Shown piece after piece: positions 34,923 through 45,127 of a stretch of DNA of 63,570 nucleotides. The stretch is from Patescibacteria group bacterium AH-259-L05 (lineage in GTDB: Bacteria; Patescibacteriota; Patescibacteriia; UBA2591; UBA6264), in assembly GCA_027717985.1 (NCBI GenBank), contig JALLOO010000003.1:1-63570 (forward strand), in the 5' to 3' direction. Under the pieces are notes generated by a model that had not been told where the DNA came from, made no database searches, and saw only the letters and a list, made by a program, of their open reading frames with translations. Each line of letters starts with the position of its first letter. The first letter of the stretch is position 1. Position numbers and translations under genes: made by a program.

Positions 34923-35007
34923 GGGTGGGTCACATAGCGGCAATTGTATGACGCTGTAAACGTCACGCCTTCGGGCTTCGGGGGTTCGAGTCCCTCCCCA
35001 CCCACCA
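34923..35007 (+). tRNA. tRNA-Tyr (GUA), long variable arm, CCA encoded
   Basis: Acceptor GGGTGGG/CCCACCC, anticodon stem TGACG/CGTCA with loop CTGTAAA, variable arm CGCCTTCGGGCTT, T-arm GGGGG-TTCGAGT-CCCTC, then ACCA. Confidence 0.9.
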
Positions 35008-35020
35008 TTTTTTATAAATC

Positions 35021-35053
35021 AAAATCGGCTCGATGTTTATCGAGCCGATTTTT
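35021..35053. terminator. bidirectional intrinsic terminator
   Basis: AAAATCGGCTCGAT-GTTT-ATCGAGCCGATTTTT, between the tRNA pair (+) and the convergent GCS-like gene (-). Confidence 0.75.
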
Positions 35054-35057
35054 ACAA

Positions 35058-36377
35058 TTATTCAGTTGGTATGGCAACATTGTTGACTAACCCTGTCATA
35101 CCTTCCTGCTCGAAAACTTCAATTGCTTCTTGCGCAGGCGTTTTTTGATATAATCTTTGTGTTAAAGGTTCAGCCAATACTTCTTCGTCCATCCCGCGAT
35201 GTACAAGGCCCTTGAAGGTAATTTTGAGCATTTCTTTAGATATTTTTTTAAGCGTTTTGGTATTTCTACCATACATTGCGTCGTTTTTCAATTGATGCCA
35301 CTGTTCCCAGCTTAATGTTTCGGTTAATGTCTTGGCGTGCTGTAGTTCTTGTACCAATCCCATTACCAGTGCGGCAAGAGATGAATTTTCTCCAGATTTT
35401 TGTGAACAGGCAGGTCGAATTTCCAAGGTTGCAAAAATAGATTTTGGTCGCGCATTAAACCATATTGACCCTTCATGAAATTTCCACTGATCTTTCCAGT
35501 TATTATCACGTTTCATCCATTGAGCAAATGGTATATTTGGAACAATATAGTTATTTTCATGCTTTGCAATGTAGAGCGGTAATTTCAGAATGTGCCAGAT
35601 AAATTCTTCAATGCCATTAAAAGGTTGCGGCGGAATTCCAAAGCGGTTTTTATTTACGAATGATGCCCATATATTTTCCCTGATGGCTAAACGTCTATTG
35701 CGGTCAAGCGTATTATTCCAGATTGGCGAGTGTGCAAATAAATAAATTATTGGTCCGCTTAGCGCATTAAAAATATTAATGCTGTCTATCAGTTCTTCGC
35801 GCGCTATATCTATATGAACTTGATCTGAGGCAGTTATTACGGTTTGATTAACCTTTGAGCCAAGTGCACATTGAATTGCATCATACCTTCCCTTTTTAGT
35901 CCATAATCGAGGGTGAGATATGGTGCGTGGCTGAATGCCATAGCCAAGGATATACATGTTCCATTCTTTACAAACTGTTGCAACTACTTTTTCAATTTTT
36001 TGCAGTTTTTCTGATGCAATAAGGATAGATTTTTCCGGCGGCATAATAATTTCCAAGGTGCAGTATCCGCCGTCAGTTGTGATTTCAACCCCATTTTTTT
36101 TCACGCCGGTAACAACATCATAATACACATCATCTAAAATAGGACTCCAACCAAATTGTATCAGAGCAGGGAATATTTTTTGTATATCAGCTGCTTTATA
36201 CGTTTTTGCATCAATTACTGGATATTCTTTTTCCAGCCCAACTTTTCTGACATTAAGAGATTGTTTTGAAGGAAATTGACCTAGGTACCATTCAGTAACT
36301 TCTGAAACGAGATGAAAAATATTTTTCTTCAATTTTTTCTCCTTTTGTCTTGTTTCAAAGAACGAAGCCGAACGCAT
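35058..36377 (-). CDS. glutamate--cysteine ligase family 2 (GCS2 / carboxylate-amine ligase)-like protein
   Basis: VGLEKEYPVID, TLEIIMPP, ASDQVHIDI, FAHSPIW and FATLEIRPAC are collinear by eye with YbdK-type ligases. Confidence 0.55.
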   Translation of the reverse strand: MRSASFFETRQKEKKLKKNIFHLVSEVTEWYLGQFPSKQSLNVRKVGLEKEYPVIDAKTYKAADIQKIFPALIQFGWSPILDDVYYDVVTGVKKNGVEITTDGGYCTLEIIMPPEKSILIASEKLQKIEKVVATVCKEWNMYILGYGIQPRTISHPRLWTKKGRYDAIQCALGSKVNQTVITASDQVHIDIAREELIDSINIFNALSGPIIYLFAHSPIWNNTLDRNRRLAIRENIWASFVNKNRFGIPPQPFNGIEEFIWHILKLPLYIAKHENNYIVPNIPFAQWMKRDNNWKDQWKFHEGSIWFNARPKSIFATLEIRPACSQKSGENSSLAALVMGLVQELQHAKTLTETLSWEQWHQLKNDAMYGRNTKTLKKISKEMLKITFKGLVHRGMDEEVLAEPLTQRLYQKTPAQEAIEVFEQEGMTGLVNNVAIPTE

Positions 36378-36442
36378 TCGGCCCAATGCTTTATTGTATA
36401 TAATTTTAGCCTAAAACTTAAAAAATGTCAATCCCGTTGAAT

Positions 36443-36469
36443 AAAAAATCGCCGTTAGGGCGATTTTTT
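36443..36469. terminator. bidirectional intrinsic terminator
   Basis: AAAAAATCGCC-GTTAG-GGCGATTTTTT. Confidence 0.7.
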
Positions 36470-36485
36470 GAATATAGGCTCAACT

Positions 36486-36995
36486 TTATTTGAGTTGCGT
36501 TCGAGCGCCTGATCTTTTCCAAAAACTGAAGCGGTCATGGGTTAAAAATCCAACGGTGAGTGCAATTACAAGATCCATTAGGGCCAGACTCATCCATCCG
36601 CAGGTGAACAAGTTATGGAGAGGCGGTCCAAGTAAAGGAATAACAAGAGCAAGGGCATCGACTATTTGGTGAGTAACGCCGTAGAAAGGGCAGTCAAGTC
36701 CTGGCACGTTGCGCCATAGAGGAAACAGGCCGGCCTTAATTATCCAGAGGAACCACTTGCTCGCACTGAAGCGCACAATCTTTCCCTTCCAGCTTCCTGG
36801 TCTATTTCTCCAAGTAATGAAACTATGAAGCAGGAAAGAGGCTATCACGCCGATGAGAAGCGAGGCGATGTTGGCCAAGTCCGGGCCTAGATCTTTCTCA
36901 AAGACTCGGTAGTTGAGCAAGCGAATTGCTTCTACGATAGAGCCTACTATAAAGAAGATGATGTAGCGATTTAGGAAGGTTCTCTCTTTCTTCAT
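36486..36995 (-). CDS. GtrA-like family membrane protein
   Basis: 169 aa, 4 TM segments, RYIIFFIVGSIVEAI... and LHSFITWRNR pattern. Confidence 0.55.
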   Translation of the reverse strand: MKKERTFLNRYIIFFIVGSIVEAIRLLNYRVFEKDLGPDLANIASLLIGVIASFLLHSFITWRNRPGSWKGKIVRFSASKWFLWIIKAGLFPLWRNVPGLDCPFYGVTHQIVDALALVIPLLGPPLHNLFTCGWMSLALMDLVIALTVGFLTHDRFSFWKRSGARTQLK

Positions 36996-37681
36996 AAGAA
37001 TCCTCCTTGTCTGCTAAGGATTTCTAATTCGTCAACGCGTGTTTTGAATTTATTCCAGTACTCGTAGTGTTGCGTCTGGGCTTTTGCTAGCTCTTGTCTG
37101 AGGCGTTCAAAGTGAACAAAGTCTAGAGGCCACAGTTTTAGACCGCCTCGCAGCATCATCCAATGTTCTTCAAGGCCAACCACGAGGTTTGGTAGAACCG
37201 ACTCGTAGTCAAGATATATGATAGCATCATTTACTTTTCTCATATCTTCATAAGCCAAGGGATTGGTTTTAGCTATAGACCAGGTGGGTAACCCAGCATT
37301 TAGTAACACTCTTTCTAACCTTGATTCATGTATTTTATTTTGGTGCACAATTTCGTTCTCGATCCACTCTAATATCAATACAGGCCTTAATTTGTTATCA
37401 ATCCAGCGTTCCTCCGCTCCAATAGGTTGTGCAAACACAGTCTGCCCAAGTCGAAATCTGGTCACATGATTAGCAACTCTTCTTAGGGCAACGGCGCGTT
37501 GCATACCTATGAGAGTTTCGTAGGGCGATCTCCATTTAAGATAGCAGATGAGATAGATTAGCCTGACTAAACTCTTTGGCCTTGAGTATTTAATTGCTTT
37601 GTCTTTTTCCTGATAGACTATGCTGCTTCCTTTGACAAAGGGAGCGAGTAAGAATCCGAGTAACTTTAAAAGAAGCTGCAT
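36992..37681 (-). CDS. hypothetical protein (possibly kinase-fold; unassigned)
   Basis: Start at the ATG preceded by AGAAGGAGAG. It overlaps the GtrA-like start by 4 nt. I recognise no secure motif. Confidence 0.45.
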   Translation of the reverse strand: MQLLLKLLGFLLAPFVKGSSIVYQEKDKAIKYSRPKSLVRLIYLICYLKWRSPYETLIGMQRAVALRRVANHVTRFRLGQTVFAQPIGAEERWIDNKLRPVLILEWIENEIVHQNKIHESRLERVLLNAGLPTWSIAKTNPLAYEDMRKVNDAIIYLDYESVLPNLVVGLEEHWMMLRGGLKLWPLDFVHFERLRQELAKAQTQHYEYWNKFKTRVDELEILSRQGGFL

Positions 37682-37809
37682 CGTTATACTCTCTCCTTCT
37701 TTTGAGATTAGATTAATTTTTGAAGAACTAAGTTTAGTATACCCGATATATGCCAAAAAGTCAAGTCATTAGCTTAAAAAACCGCCATTATAGCGATTTT
37801 TTAGGTGGG

Positions 37810-37884
37810 TGGAGCGGGCGAGCGGAATCGAACCGCCATCTCAACCTTGGCAAGGTCGTATAAGAACCATTATACTACGCCCGC
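37810..37884 (-). tRNA. tRNA-Gly (GCC), CCA encoded
   Basis: Minus strand GCGGGCGTAGTATAATGG...CGACC-TTGCCAA-GGTTG...GGCGG-TTCGATT-CCGCT-CGCCCGC-TCCA. Confidence 0.9.
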
Positions 37885-37910
37885 ATCTAAGTTCATTTTA
37901 ACACAAATTG

Positions 37911-39209
37911 TTAGTTTGTTGATAGATTTTTTAAATACTCAATTACTTTTTGATTGGTTAAGAGATTTTTTAAATAGATTTTTCCATCTTCAGTTTTGAA
38001 ATGTTCTAACAGTTTTTCCTGGCCTTTATATACCTGCGCGAGTTTATCCATTTCTTGTTTAATTTCGTCGTCAGATATAATAATATTTTCCTGTTGTGCA
38101 ATTACTCGAATGGCAAGCGCAGTTTTGATGCGTTCTTCAGCTTGAGGAATGAATTCTTTTTTAAAATTATCCTCTGTTTTTTTAATGCTTTGTAAATAAT
38201 CATCAAATTTTGGTCCGTTTTCCTGCCCCGCTCCTTCAACAGATGTCTTAAGCTCATTAATCATTTTGTCAACTTCGTGATTTAATAATACTTCAGGGAT
38301 TTCTTCAAAGTCTGATTTTTCTATTAATTGTTTTAAAATTTCTAATTCAAGACGCTGCTCTTGTTTTCTTTGTTCTTCATTTTCTAAATTTTGTTTGATT
38401 TTGTCCTTTAGTTCATCTAACGTTTTAAAATTGTCAAGATTTTGAGCAAACTCATCATTTAATTCTGGCAGTTCCACCTTATATACATTGTTTATTTTTG
38501 CCTTAAAATTAACCATCTGTCCTGCTAATTTTTTATCATAGTGGTCAGAAGGATATTGGTTTGAAAACTGTTTTTCTTCACCTGCATGTGCGCCAATAAA
38601 ATTTTTACTTATGCCGGGGAGTAGGTGTTCGTCTTGACCAAGAATAAGTGAGAAATTTTTTGTGCTTCCTCCTTCAATAGGAACGTTATTGATAAAAAGA
38701 TTAAGATCGACTTCAATACGGTCACCTGTTTTTGCGCCCTGGAGAGAAATAGTTTCTTTTCTTCGCGCCCATTGCAATTCTTTTAAGGCATTGTCTACAT
38801 TTTCTGGATTTACTTGTATATTTTTTTTCTTTACTTTTATTTTTTTGTAATCGCCTAATGTTACTGTAGGCACTAAGGGAAGGGTAATCTTAAATACAAA
38901 TGGATTATGCGGTGCTAATTTTTGTACGCTGACGTCTGGAGGTCCAGCTGGATCTAAATTTTCTTGTTGTACAATTTCAGGATATTTTTGATTAATAGTA
39001 ATTTCAGCTGTTTTTTCTAACAGCTTTGCTTCATTAATATGTGGCCGCGCCATCTCAATTGGCGCCTTGCCTTTGCGAAAACCAGGAATTTCAACACTTT
39101 TTGTCAATTCTTCCAATGCTTTGCCATTAAATGGAGCCATCTCAAGCACTGACAATTCAACCGTAATTTCAACAACATTTTTAGGAAATTTTTTGGTTTG
39201 TATTTCCAT
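37911..39209 (-). CDS. tig: trigger factor
   Basis: The N-terminal ribosome-binding motif GFRKGKAP and overall TF domain order. Start at MEIQTKK. Confidence 0.88.
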   Translation of the reverse strand: MEIQTKKFPKNVVEITVELSVLEMAPFNGKALEELTKSVEIPGFRKGKAPIEMARPHINEAKLLEKTAEITINQKYPEIVQQENLDPAGPPDVSVQKLAPHNPFVFKITLPLVPTVTLGDYKKIKVKKKNIQVNPENVDNALKELQWARRKETISLQGAKTGDRIEVDLNLFINNVPIEGGSTKNFSLILGQDEHLLPGISKNFIGAHAGEEKQFSNQYPSDHYDKKLAGQMVNFKAKINNVYKVELPELNDEFAQNLDNFKTLDELKDKIKQNLENEEQRKQEQRLELEILKQLIEKSDFEEIPEVLLNHEVDKMINELKTSVEGAGQENGPKFDDYLQSIKKTEDNFKKEFIPQAEERIKTALAIRVIAQQENIIISDDEIKQEMDKLAQVYKGQEKLLEHFKTEDGKIYLKNLLTNQKVIEYLKNLSTN

Positions 39210-39213
39210 AGTG

Positions 39214-41175
39214 CTAGAGTAATGGCGCAATAATTAGGGCTATGATGCTCATAAGTTTAATTAAGATATTGATTGAAGGCCCAGAAGTGTCCTTCATGGG
39301 GTCTCCTACGGTGTCGCCAACTACTGCCGCTTTGTGGGCATCAGATCCTTTGCCTCCTAAGTTTCCTGCTTCAATATATTTTTTTGCATTATCCCATGCT
39401 CCGCCTGCATTTGCCATCATTACCGCTAGTAAAAATCCCGTTACAATTGCACCCATTAGCATGCCGCCAAGCGCTTCTTTGCCAAGTAAAAATCCAACTA
39501 GTATAGGGACAAGCACGGTAAGAAGCCCGGGAAGAACCATTTTTTGCAACGCTGCATGCGTAGCAATTTTTATACATCCTTTGTAATCAGCATGCGCGGT
39601 CCCCTGCATTAAGCCTTTAATTTCCTTAAACTGCCTGCGCACTTCATTAACAATTTTCTCCGCGCCTTGGCCAACTGCCTTCATGGCTAGCGCAGAAAAT
39701 ATAAATGGCATTAATCCACCAATAAAAAGGCCAACTACTACAACTGGCTTATTAAGATCTAGTACCGTAAGCCCTACAATTTGAATATAGCTTATTGATA
39801 ATACCAGTGCGGTAAGCGCGGCTGAGCCAATAGCAAATCCTTTGCCAATCGCCGCAGTCGTGTTGCCCACTGCATCTAATTGTTCAGCTCGTTTTCGCGT
39901 TTCATCTCCCATGTCTGCCATCTCTGCTATGCCGGCAGCATTATCAACAACCGGTCCATACGTATCAGCTGCTAAAGTAATCCCTAAGGTAGAAAGCATA
40001 CCAACCGCTGCAATACCAATGCCATAAATACCTACTAATTTATATGAGATTAAGAGTGCAGTGGTAACAACAAGGACTGGAATAACCGTACTTTGCATGC
40101 CTAAACCGAGACCTGCAATCACATTGGTCCCCGCACCAGTTTTTGAAGAATGCGCCAGATTTTTTGTTGGCTTAAAATGATCAGACGTAAAATATTCAGT
40201 AATAAACCCAATAATAATACCAGCAACCAGGCCTGCCATTACCGCACCAAACATTGGTAAAGGCTGGATTGAGAATCTTTGTAAAATAATATATGTACCA
40301 ATTACCATTAAAATAGAGGCAAGATAAATTCCCCGGTTTAATAGTTTTTGTGGGTCGCCTTTTTTCGCCAATAGAATCGCAAGGTTACCAATCAAGCTCA
40401 CCACAATCCCTAGTGTTGCCAAAAAGAGTGGGATAAGAATTGCATGGACACCTACAAGTGCAATAGCTGTGGTTCCTAACACCATTGTTGCAATAATAGA
40501 ATCAGAATAACTTTCAAATAAATCCGCACCCATGCCAGCGACATCACCTACATTGTCTCCCACGTTATCAGCAATTACCGCAGGATTACGTGGATCATCT
40601 TCAGGAATGCCTGCTTCTACTTTTCCTGCCAAGTCAGCTCCTACATCAGCTGCTTTGGTATAAATCCCACCGCCAACACGGGCAAATAACGCTACTGAAG
40701 AAGCTCCAAACCCAAATCCATAAATAATTTGCGGATCACCAAATATATAATAAAGGCCTGCAATGCCTAAGAGACCTAGACTGGCGACGGTTAATCCCAT
40801 AACTGAGCCAGAGGTAAATGCAATACGCAAAGCTCCCATAAGATTTTTTTGTGCTGCTTCCGCAGTCTTTAAGTTTGCTATGGTTGCAATGCGCATCCCA
40901 AGGCCTCCGGCGAGCGCAGAAAAGAACGCACCGATCACAAAGGTAATGGCAAGCGGCAATGAGAGGAAATAAAATAAAAGAAAAGCCACAATAATTACAA
41001 AAAGAGCCAGAATTTTGTATTCTGCCCATAAGTATGCGGAGGCGCCTTGCTTTATAAAAGAGGATATTTTAATTGCCTCTTGGTGGTATGCTTTTTTCTT
41101 TTTAATGTAAAGTGCCAACAAGAAGGCAACGAAAAGTCCTAGCAGCGCGATAATAAGAGGGAGATATATAAGCAT
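39214..41175 (-). CDS. hppA: membrane-bound proton/sodium-translocating pyrophosphatase
   Basis: 653 aa polytopic protein with [28 protein letters not shown] and [12 protein letters not shown] motifs. Confidence 0.95.
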   Translation of the reverse strand: MLIYLPLIIALLGLFVAFLLALYIKKKKAYHQEAIKISSFIKQGASAYLWAEYKILALFVIIVAFLLFYFLSLPLAITFVIGAFFSALAGGLGMRIATIANLKTAEAAQKNLMGALRIAFTSGSVMGLTVASLGLLGIAGLYYIFGDPQIIYGFGFGASSVALFARVGGGIYTKAADVGADLAGKVEAGIPEDDPRNPAVIADNVGDNVGDVAGMGADLFESYSDSIIATMVLGTTAIALVGVHAILIPLFLATLGIVVSLIGNLAILLAKKGDPQKLLNRGIYLASILMVIGTYIILQRFSIQPLPMFGAVMAGLVAGIIIGFITEYFTSDHFKPTKNLAHSSKTGAGTNVIAGLGLGMQSTVIPVLVVTTALLISYKLVGIYGIGIAAVGMLSTLGITLAADTYGPVVDNAAGIAEMADMGDETRKRAEQLDAVGNTTAAIGKGFAIGSAALTALVLSISYIQIVGLTVLDLNKPVVVVGLFIGGLMPFIFSALAMKAVGQGAEKIVNEVRRQFKEIKGLMQGTAHADYKGCIKIATHAALQKMVLPGLLTVLVPILVGFLLGKEALGGMLMGAIVTGFLLAVMMANAGGAWDNAKKYIEAGNLGGKGSDAHKAAVVGDTVGDPMKDTSGPSINILIKLMSIIALIIAPLL

Positions 41176-41194
41176 ATGATTTAAGATTTATGAT

Positions 41195-42520
41195 TTAAGA
41201 TTTTGAGCTTTTTTCCTCATCTTTTTTTTCTGTTTTTTTATTCTCTTCTTGCTTGTCCTTCGAAGCCTTGATAGATGAAGATTTTTCCTTTTTTTTCTTT
41301 TTCGCGGTTTTTTTATCTTTCTTTTTTTCTGCTTTTTCTTTCGTTTCTTCTTTTTTTGTTTCTTCTTTATCTTTTGTTTTTTCTTCTTTAACCTCGATTC
41401 TCCATCCGGTGAGTTGACTGGCAAGTCGTACATTTTGTCCAGCTTTTCCAATTGCTAAGGAGAGTTGATTTTTAGGCAGTTTGACAACCGCAGATTTTTC
41501 TTTTTTATTAAGCTTGAGCGAAGAAACCTTGGCAGGAGCTAAGGAATTGGCAATAAATTTTTCTGGATCATCAGAATATTCTATAATATCTATTTTTTCT
41601 CCGCCAATTTCATTAATGATTGTTTGAATCCGTACCCCGCGCTGGCCAATCGCCGCGCCAATAGGATCAATTGATTCTTCTGATGTCCAGACCGCAACTT
41701 TTGAACGCGCTCCAGCTTCCCGTGCCATCGCTTTTATTTCTACCACGCCGTTAGCAACCTCAGGTATTTCAAGCGCAAACAAATTTTTTAAAATATCAGG
41801 ATGACGGCGGGATACAATAATCTCAGGACCTTTCGGCGTTTTATTAACTGCTAAAATATATACTTTGAGTTTTTGATCTGTATAGTATTTTTCTGAGGGG
41901 ACTTGTTCAAAATAGGGTAGGACAGCGGTTGCATCTGATAAGTCAATAAAGACTGTCCGCCCTTCTTTTCGTTGAATCACTCCATTTATAACGGTTTCTA
42001 CTTGTGTTTGATAGCGCTCAAAAATAGTTTCTCGTTCTGCTTCTCGCAATCGTTGAATAATTACTTGTTTTGCGGTTTGCGCTGCAATGCGGCCAAATTC
42101 AGCCGGGATTTCTAGTTCTTGTCGTATTACATCCTCTATTTTTATTTTTTTTGCCTTGGGGTCTGTATTGTACCATGCATTTTTGTCCACCTCTGATATT
42201 TGGATTTCTGACTTTGGATTAAACCGCCGCTTTTCCTCTTCGTCTTCTTTTTTTTCTTCTTCCCCCTCTCTTTCTTTTTTCTTAAGTTCCTCCTCTTCCT
42301 TTTCCTCGGGTAGATCTTCAACTACTGTTTTTTCATCAAAAACTTTCATTTTCCCTGTTTTGGGGTCAAATTCGACAACAATGTTTTGTAGTTTGTTGCC
42401 AAAATCACGGCGGTATGCAGATGCAAGTGCCATCTCTATCGCACCAAGTACTTGTTCTTGTGAGAGTTTTTTTTCTTGGCAAATTTGTTCAATTGCCGCC
42501 ATAATTGTTGGTTCTGGCAT
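41195..42520 (-). CDS. nusA: transcription termination/antitermination factor NusA with K/E-rich insert and tail
   Basis: NusA N-domain (IEQICQEKKLSQEQVLGAIEMALASAYRR), S1 (GVIQRKEGRTVFIDL) and KH modules (IGQRGVRIQ; IGKAGQNVRLA), plus low-complexity KE stretches. Confidence 0.9.
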   Translation of the reverse strand: MPEPTIMAAIEQICQEKKLSQEQVLGAIEMALASAYRRDFGNKLQNIVVEFDPKTGKMKVFDEKTVVEDLPEEKEEEELKKKEREGEEEKKEDEEEKRRFNPKSEIQISEVDKNAWYNTDPKAKKIKIEDVIRQELEIPAEFGRIAAQTAKQVIIQRLREAERETIFERYQTQVETVINGVIQRKEGRTVFIDLSDATAVLPYFEQVPSEKYYTDQKLKVYILAVNKTPKGPEIIVSRRHPDILKNLFALEIPEVANGVVEIKAMAREAGARSKVAVWTSEESIDPIGAAIGQRGVRIQTIINEIGGEKIDIIEYSDDPEKFIANSLAPAKVSSLKLNKKEKSAVVKLPKNQLSLAIGKAGQNVRLASQLTGWRIEVKEEKTKDKEETKKEETKEKAEKKKDKKTAKKKKKEKSSSIKASKDKQEENKKTEKKDEEKSSKS

Positions 42521-42631
42521 ATGAGAAAAAATTAATAATTAAATTAAGACTAGCTTATTATTAAAGCTAGTAATAGTTATTATATACTATTTAAAAAATA
42601 ATACAAGAGAAGGTGTGGGGAAAAAGTAGGG

Positions 42632-42659
42632 TTGACATTGAGTTATAAAGCTCTATACT
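42632..42659 (+). promoter_or_regulatory. sigma70-like promoter for Lon-like gene
   Basis: GGGTTGACA, 16 nt spacer, TATACT. Confidence 0.55.
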
Positions 42660-42698
42660 AAATAGAGCTTTTTACAACTATGTATGGAGGGAAAGATA

Positions 42699-45093
42699 AT
42701 GAAAAGAGAAGATTTGAAAGTCCCTGCTGAAAAACTCCGTTATGTTGTTGACCCCCAGAGCTTAGATTTTAAAGATACAACCGAGGTACAGCCCTTGAGA
42801 AAGTTTGTGGGGCAAAAACGAGCAAAAGATGCATTGCGGTTTGCATTAGAAATGCAGGCACCAGGGTATGATGCTTTTGTTTCAGGACCTCCTCACAGCG
42901 GCAGAAAATCATTAGTTCATCAGCAATTAGAACGTGCTGCCAAGAAAAAAAAAGAAACAATCTGGATTTGAACTTAAGGATTATTGTTATGTATATAATT
43001 TTGATGCTCCAGATAAGCCCAAGCTTTTGACCTTTAGAACAGGCGAAGGTAAGAGATTTGATATACAAATACGGCGTTTATTAAGGCGCTTGAAAAAAGA
43101 TATTCCTGATAAGATTAAAGCCGCACAAAAAAAGGCTATGATAGAATATAATACAAAGATAGATACACTAGAGATGGAAATGGAGAGGCAGCTTAGGGAA
43201 AAACACTTTATTTTAGTACCGCGGGAAGGAAGCAGCATATATATCCCACAGTCAATGAGCTTAAAAGATGAAACAAAGCCGATGTCTGATGAAGAGCGCA
43301 GTAAGCTTTCTAATGAGGTGAAACAAGAGATAGCTAAAAAAGAAGAGAAGGTTCGCGAGATTGTAACAGAATTTCAAAAGGAGAAACGGGCGACTGAAAA
43401 ATATTATGAGAAGCATATTGAAGAGTTGGAGAGAAAAGTATTTATAAGTACGGTAGCAGATGTTTTTAAAGAGTTTGATTATTCTGATAACAATGTTTTA
43501 GAATACTTGCAAGGGTTACGGTTGTATGTCTTGACACGCAAAGATCTTTTTTATTCCCCCGAGGTCTCTACAGGATTTGCAATGGTACCATTATCGGATC
43601 AGCAAGAGAGTGAGGATAAAGATGATGATAATGCATTTTTGCCATTTAAGATAAATGTGTTGGTTGATAACAGCAGGAAAAAAGATCCACCCATTGTATT
43701 TGAGCAAGATGGAACATTCCATAGTATGTTTGGTCGAATTGATAAGAAGTTCAGTCTGCGCGGATATTCAACTGATCATACTATGATTAGACCTGGATCT
43801 CTGGTTTTGGCCAATGGCGGATATTGGATAGTACAGGCAGAAGACTTTTTGATGATTCCTAATGCATGGAAGAAACTTAAAAAAATACAACAAACAAGAC
43901 AGTTACGCATTGATGGTGATCCTTTTGGTTCTCTTAGTTCGGTAGGATTAAATCCAGATCCAATACCTCTTGATGTTAAAGTAATAATTATTGGTGACTC
44001 GCTCTTATATTATTTATTAGCAGCACATGATCAAGACTTTTTAAATATGTTTGTTGGGGTAGAATTTGATACGGAGATGAAGCGAGACAAAAGAGCATTT
44101 AAAAGTTATGCAGCGTTTGTTTCATTTTGTTGTGAGAAAGAAAATCTTTTATCATTTGAGAACGGCGCAGTAGCAAAGGTAATTGAGCATGGCATGAGGT
44201 TAGTTCATGATCAAAAGAAGATATCAACACGATTTGGCAGAGTTAAAAAGTTGATTGAACAGTCAGACTCTTGGGCCCGAAAAGCAAAGAGTAAGACGGT
44301 AAAAGATATTCATGTTGATCGTGCACTGAATAAAGCATACAAGAGAATAAATAGAATAGAAGAGCGATATCAGGAAAAGATTAAAACAGGAAAAGTATTA
44401 ATAGATGTGAAAGGAGAAAAGGTAGGCGAGATTAACTCATTGACGGTGATGCAGTTATCAGCAGAGTTTTCTTTTGGAGCGCCGGTAAAGATTACTGCGC
44501 TTGCTGACTTTGAAGTGAATGGTGGCGGCGTGATAAGTATTCAAAAAAAGGCAGGATTGAGTGGATCCTCATATGATAAAAGCGTGTATATTTTGCGTGA
44601 GTATATAAAAAAACAGTATGGTAGCAATATATCAGTAAGTATTTGTTTTGAGCAAACACAGGGTGAAATTGATGGCACAAGCGCGTTGTTAGTTATGTAT
44701 TTAGTTTCGGTTTCTGCGCTGTCAGGATTGTCCATTGATCAAAGTTGGGCCGTTACGGGATCAATGAGTCAGAAAGGATTTGTTCATCCGATTGGCGCGG
44801 TTAACCAAAAAATTGAAGGATTTTTTAAAGCCTGTGGAAGGAGATTAGATGGACAGAAAGTAATGATGCCGGTTCAAAATGTAGATGAGCTTATGCTTAA
44901 TAAGAATGTCGTTGAAGCGGCAAAAAAAGATCAGTTTCATGTCTATGCAATCAGTACTGCTGATGAAGCGATCGAACTAGTATTTAATCGTCCGTCCCAA
45001 GAAGTCCATGATATAATAAAGGAAAAGTCTGGTAAAAAAGAAAAAGAGTTTCGCGGAGGATTCAATCCGACGTCGAAGGATGATGACACATAA
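42699..45093 (+). pseudogene. Lon-related (lon_rel/YcbZ-type, AAA32 + Lon_C) protease, reading frame broken at an A9 run
   Basis: The N-terminal frame (to 42971) has FVGQKRAKDALRFALEMQAPGYDAFVSGPPHSGRKS. The continuation DYCYVYNFDAPDKPKLLTF... is in the +1 frame (ORF 42934..45093). The C-terminus has DGTSAL ... GAVNQKIEGFF (Ser-Lys dyad region). The frames switch at AAAAAAAAA, 42945-42953. Confidence 0.75.
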
Positions 45094-45099
45094 AAACAA

Positions 45100-45127
45100 A
45101 AAAGAGTCTCCATTACGGGACTCTTTT
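45100..45127. terminator. bidirectional terminator between convergent lon-like and spoVR genes
   Basis: AAAAGAGTCTCC-ATTAC-GGGACTCTTTT. Confidence 0.65.

Noticed and set aside
39242-40027. Several 60-114 aa ORFs on both strands within hppA
   Set aside because: All are embedded in the well-supported 653-aa pyrophosphatase gene. These frames stay open as a by-product of the locally GC-richer, Gly/Ala-rich coding DNA.
41188-41451. 87-aa poly-lysine ORF (KKKQKKKKRKKK...)
   Set aside because: It is a frame-shifted reading of the low-complexity K/E tail of nusA on the same strand, so it is an artefact of purine-rich DNA.
42087-42524. 145-aa serine-rich plus-strand ORF
   Set aside because: It is antisense to the nusA N-terminal and insert region, has low complexity, and lacks an RBS.
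42645-42670. Hairpin AAAGCTCTA-TACTAAA-TAGAGCTTT plus T-run, as a possible attenuator of the Lon-like gene
   Set aside because: The predicted -10 (TATACT) lies in the loop, so a transcript from that promoter would not contain the 5' arm. No upstream plus-strand gene needs a terminator here. It is left as an unexplained palindrome.
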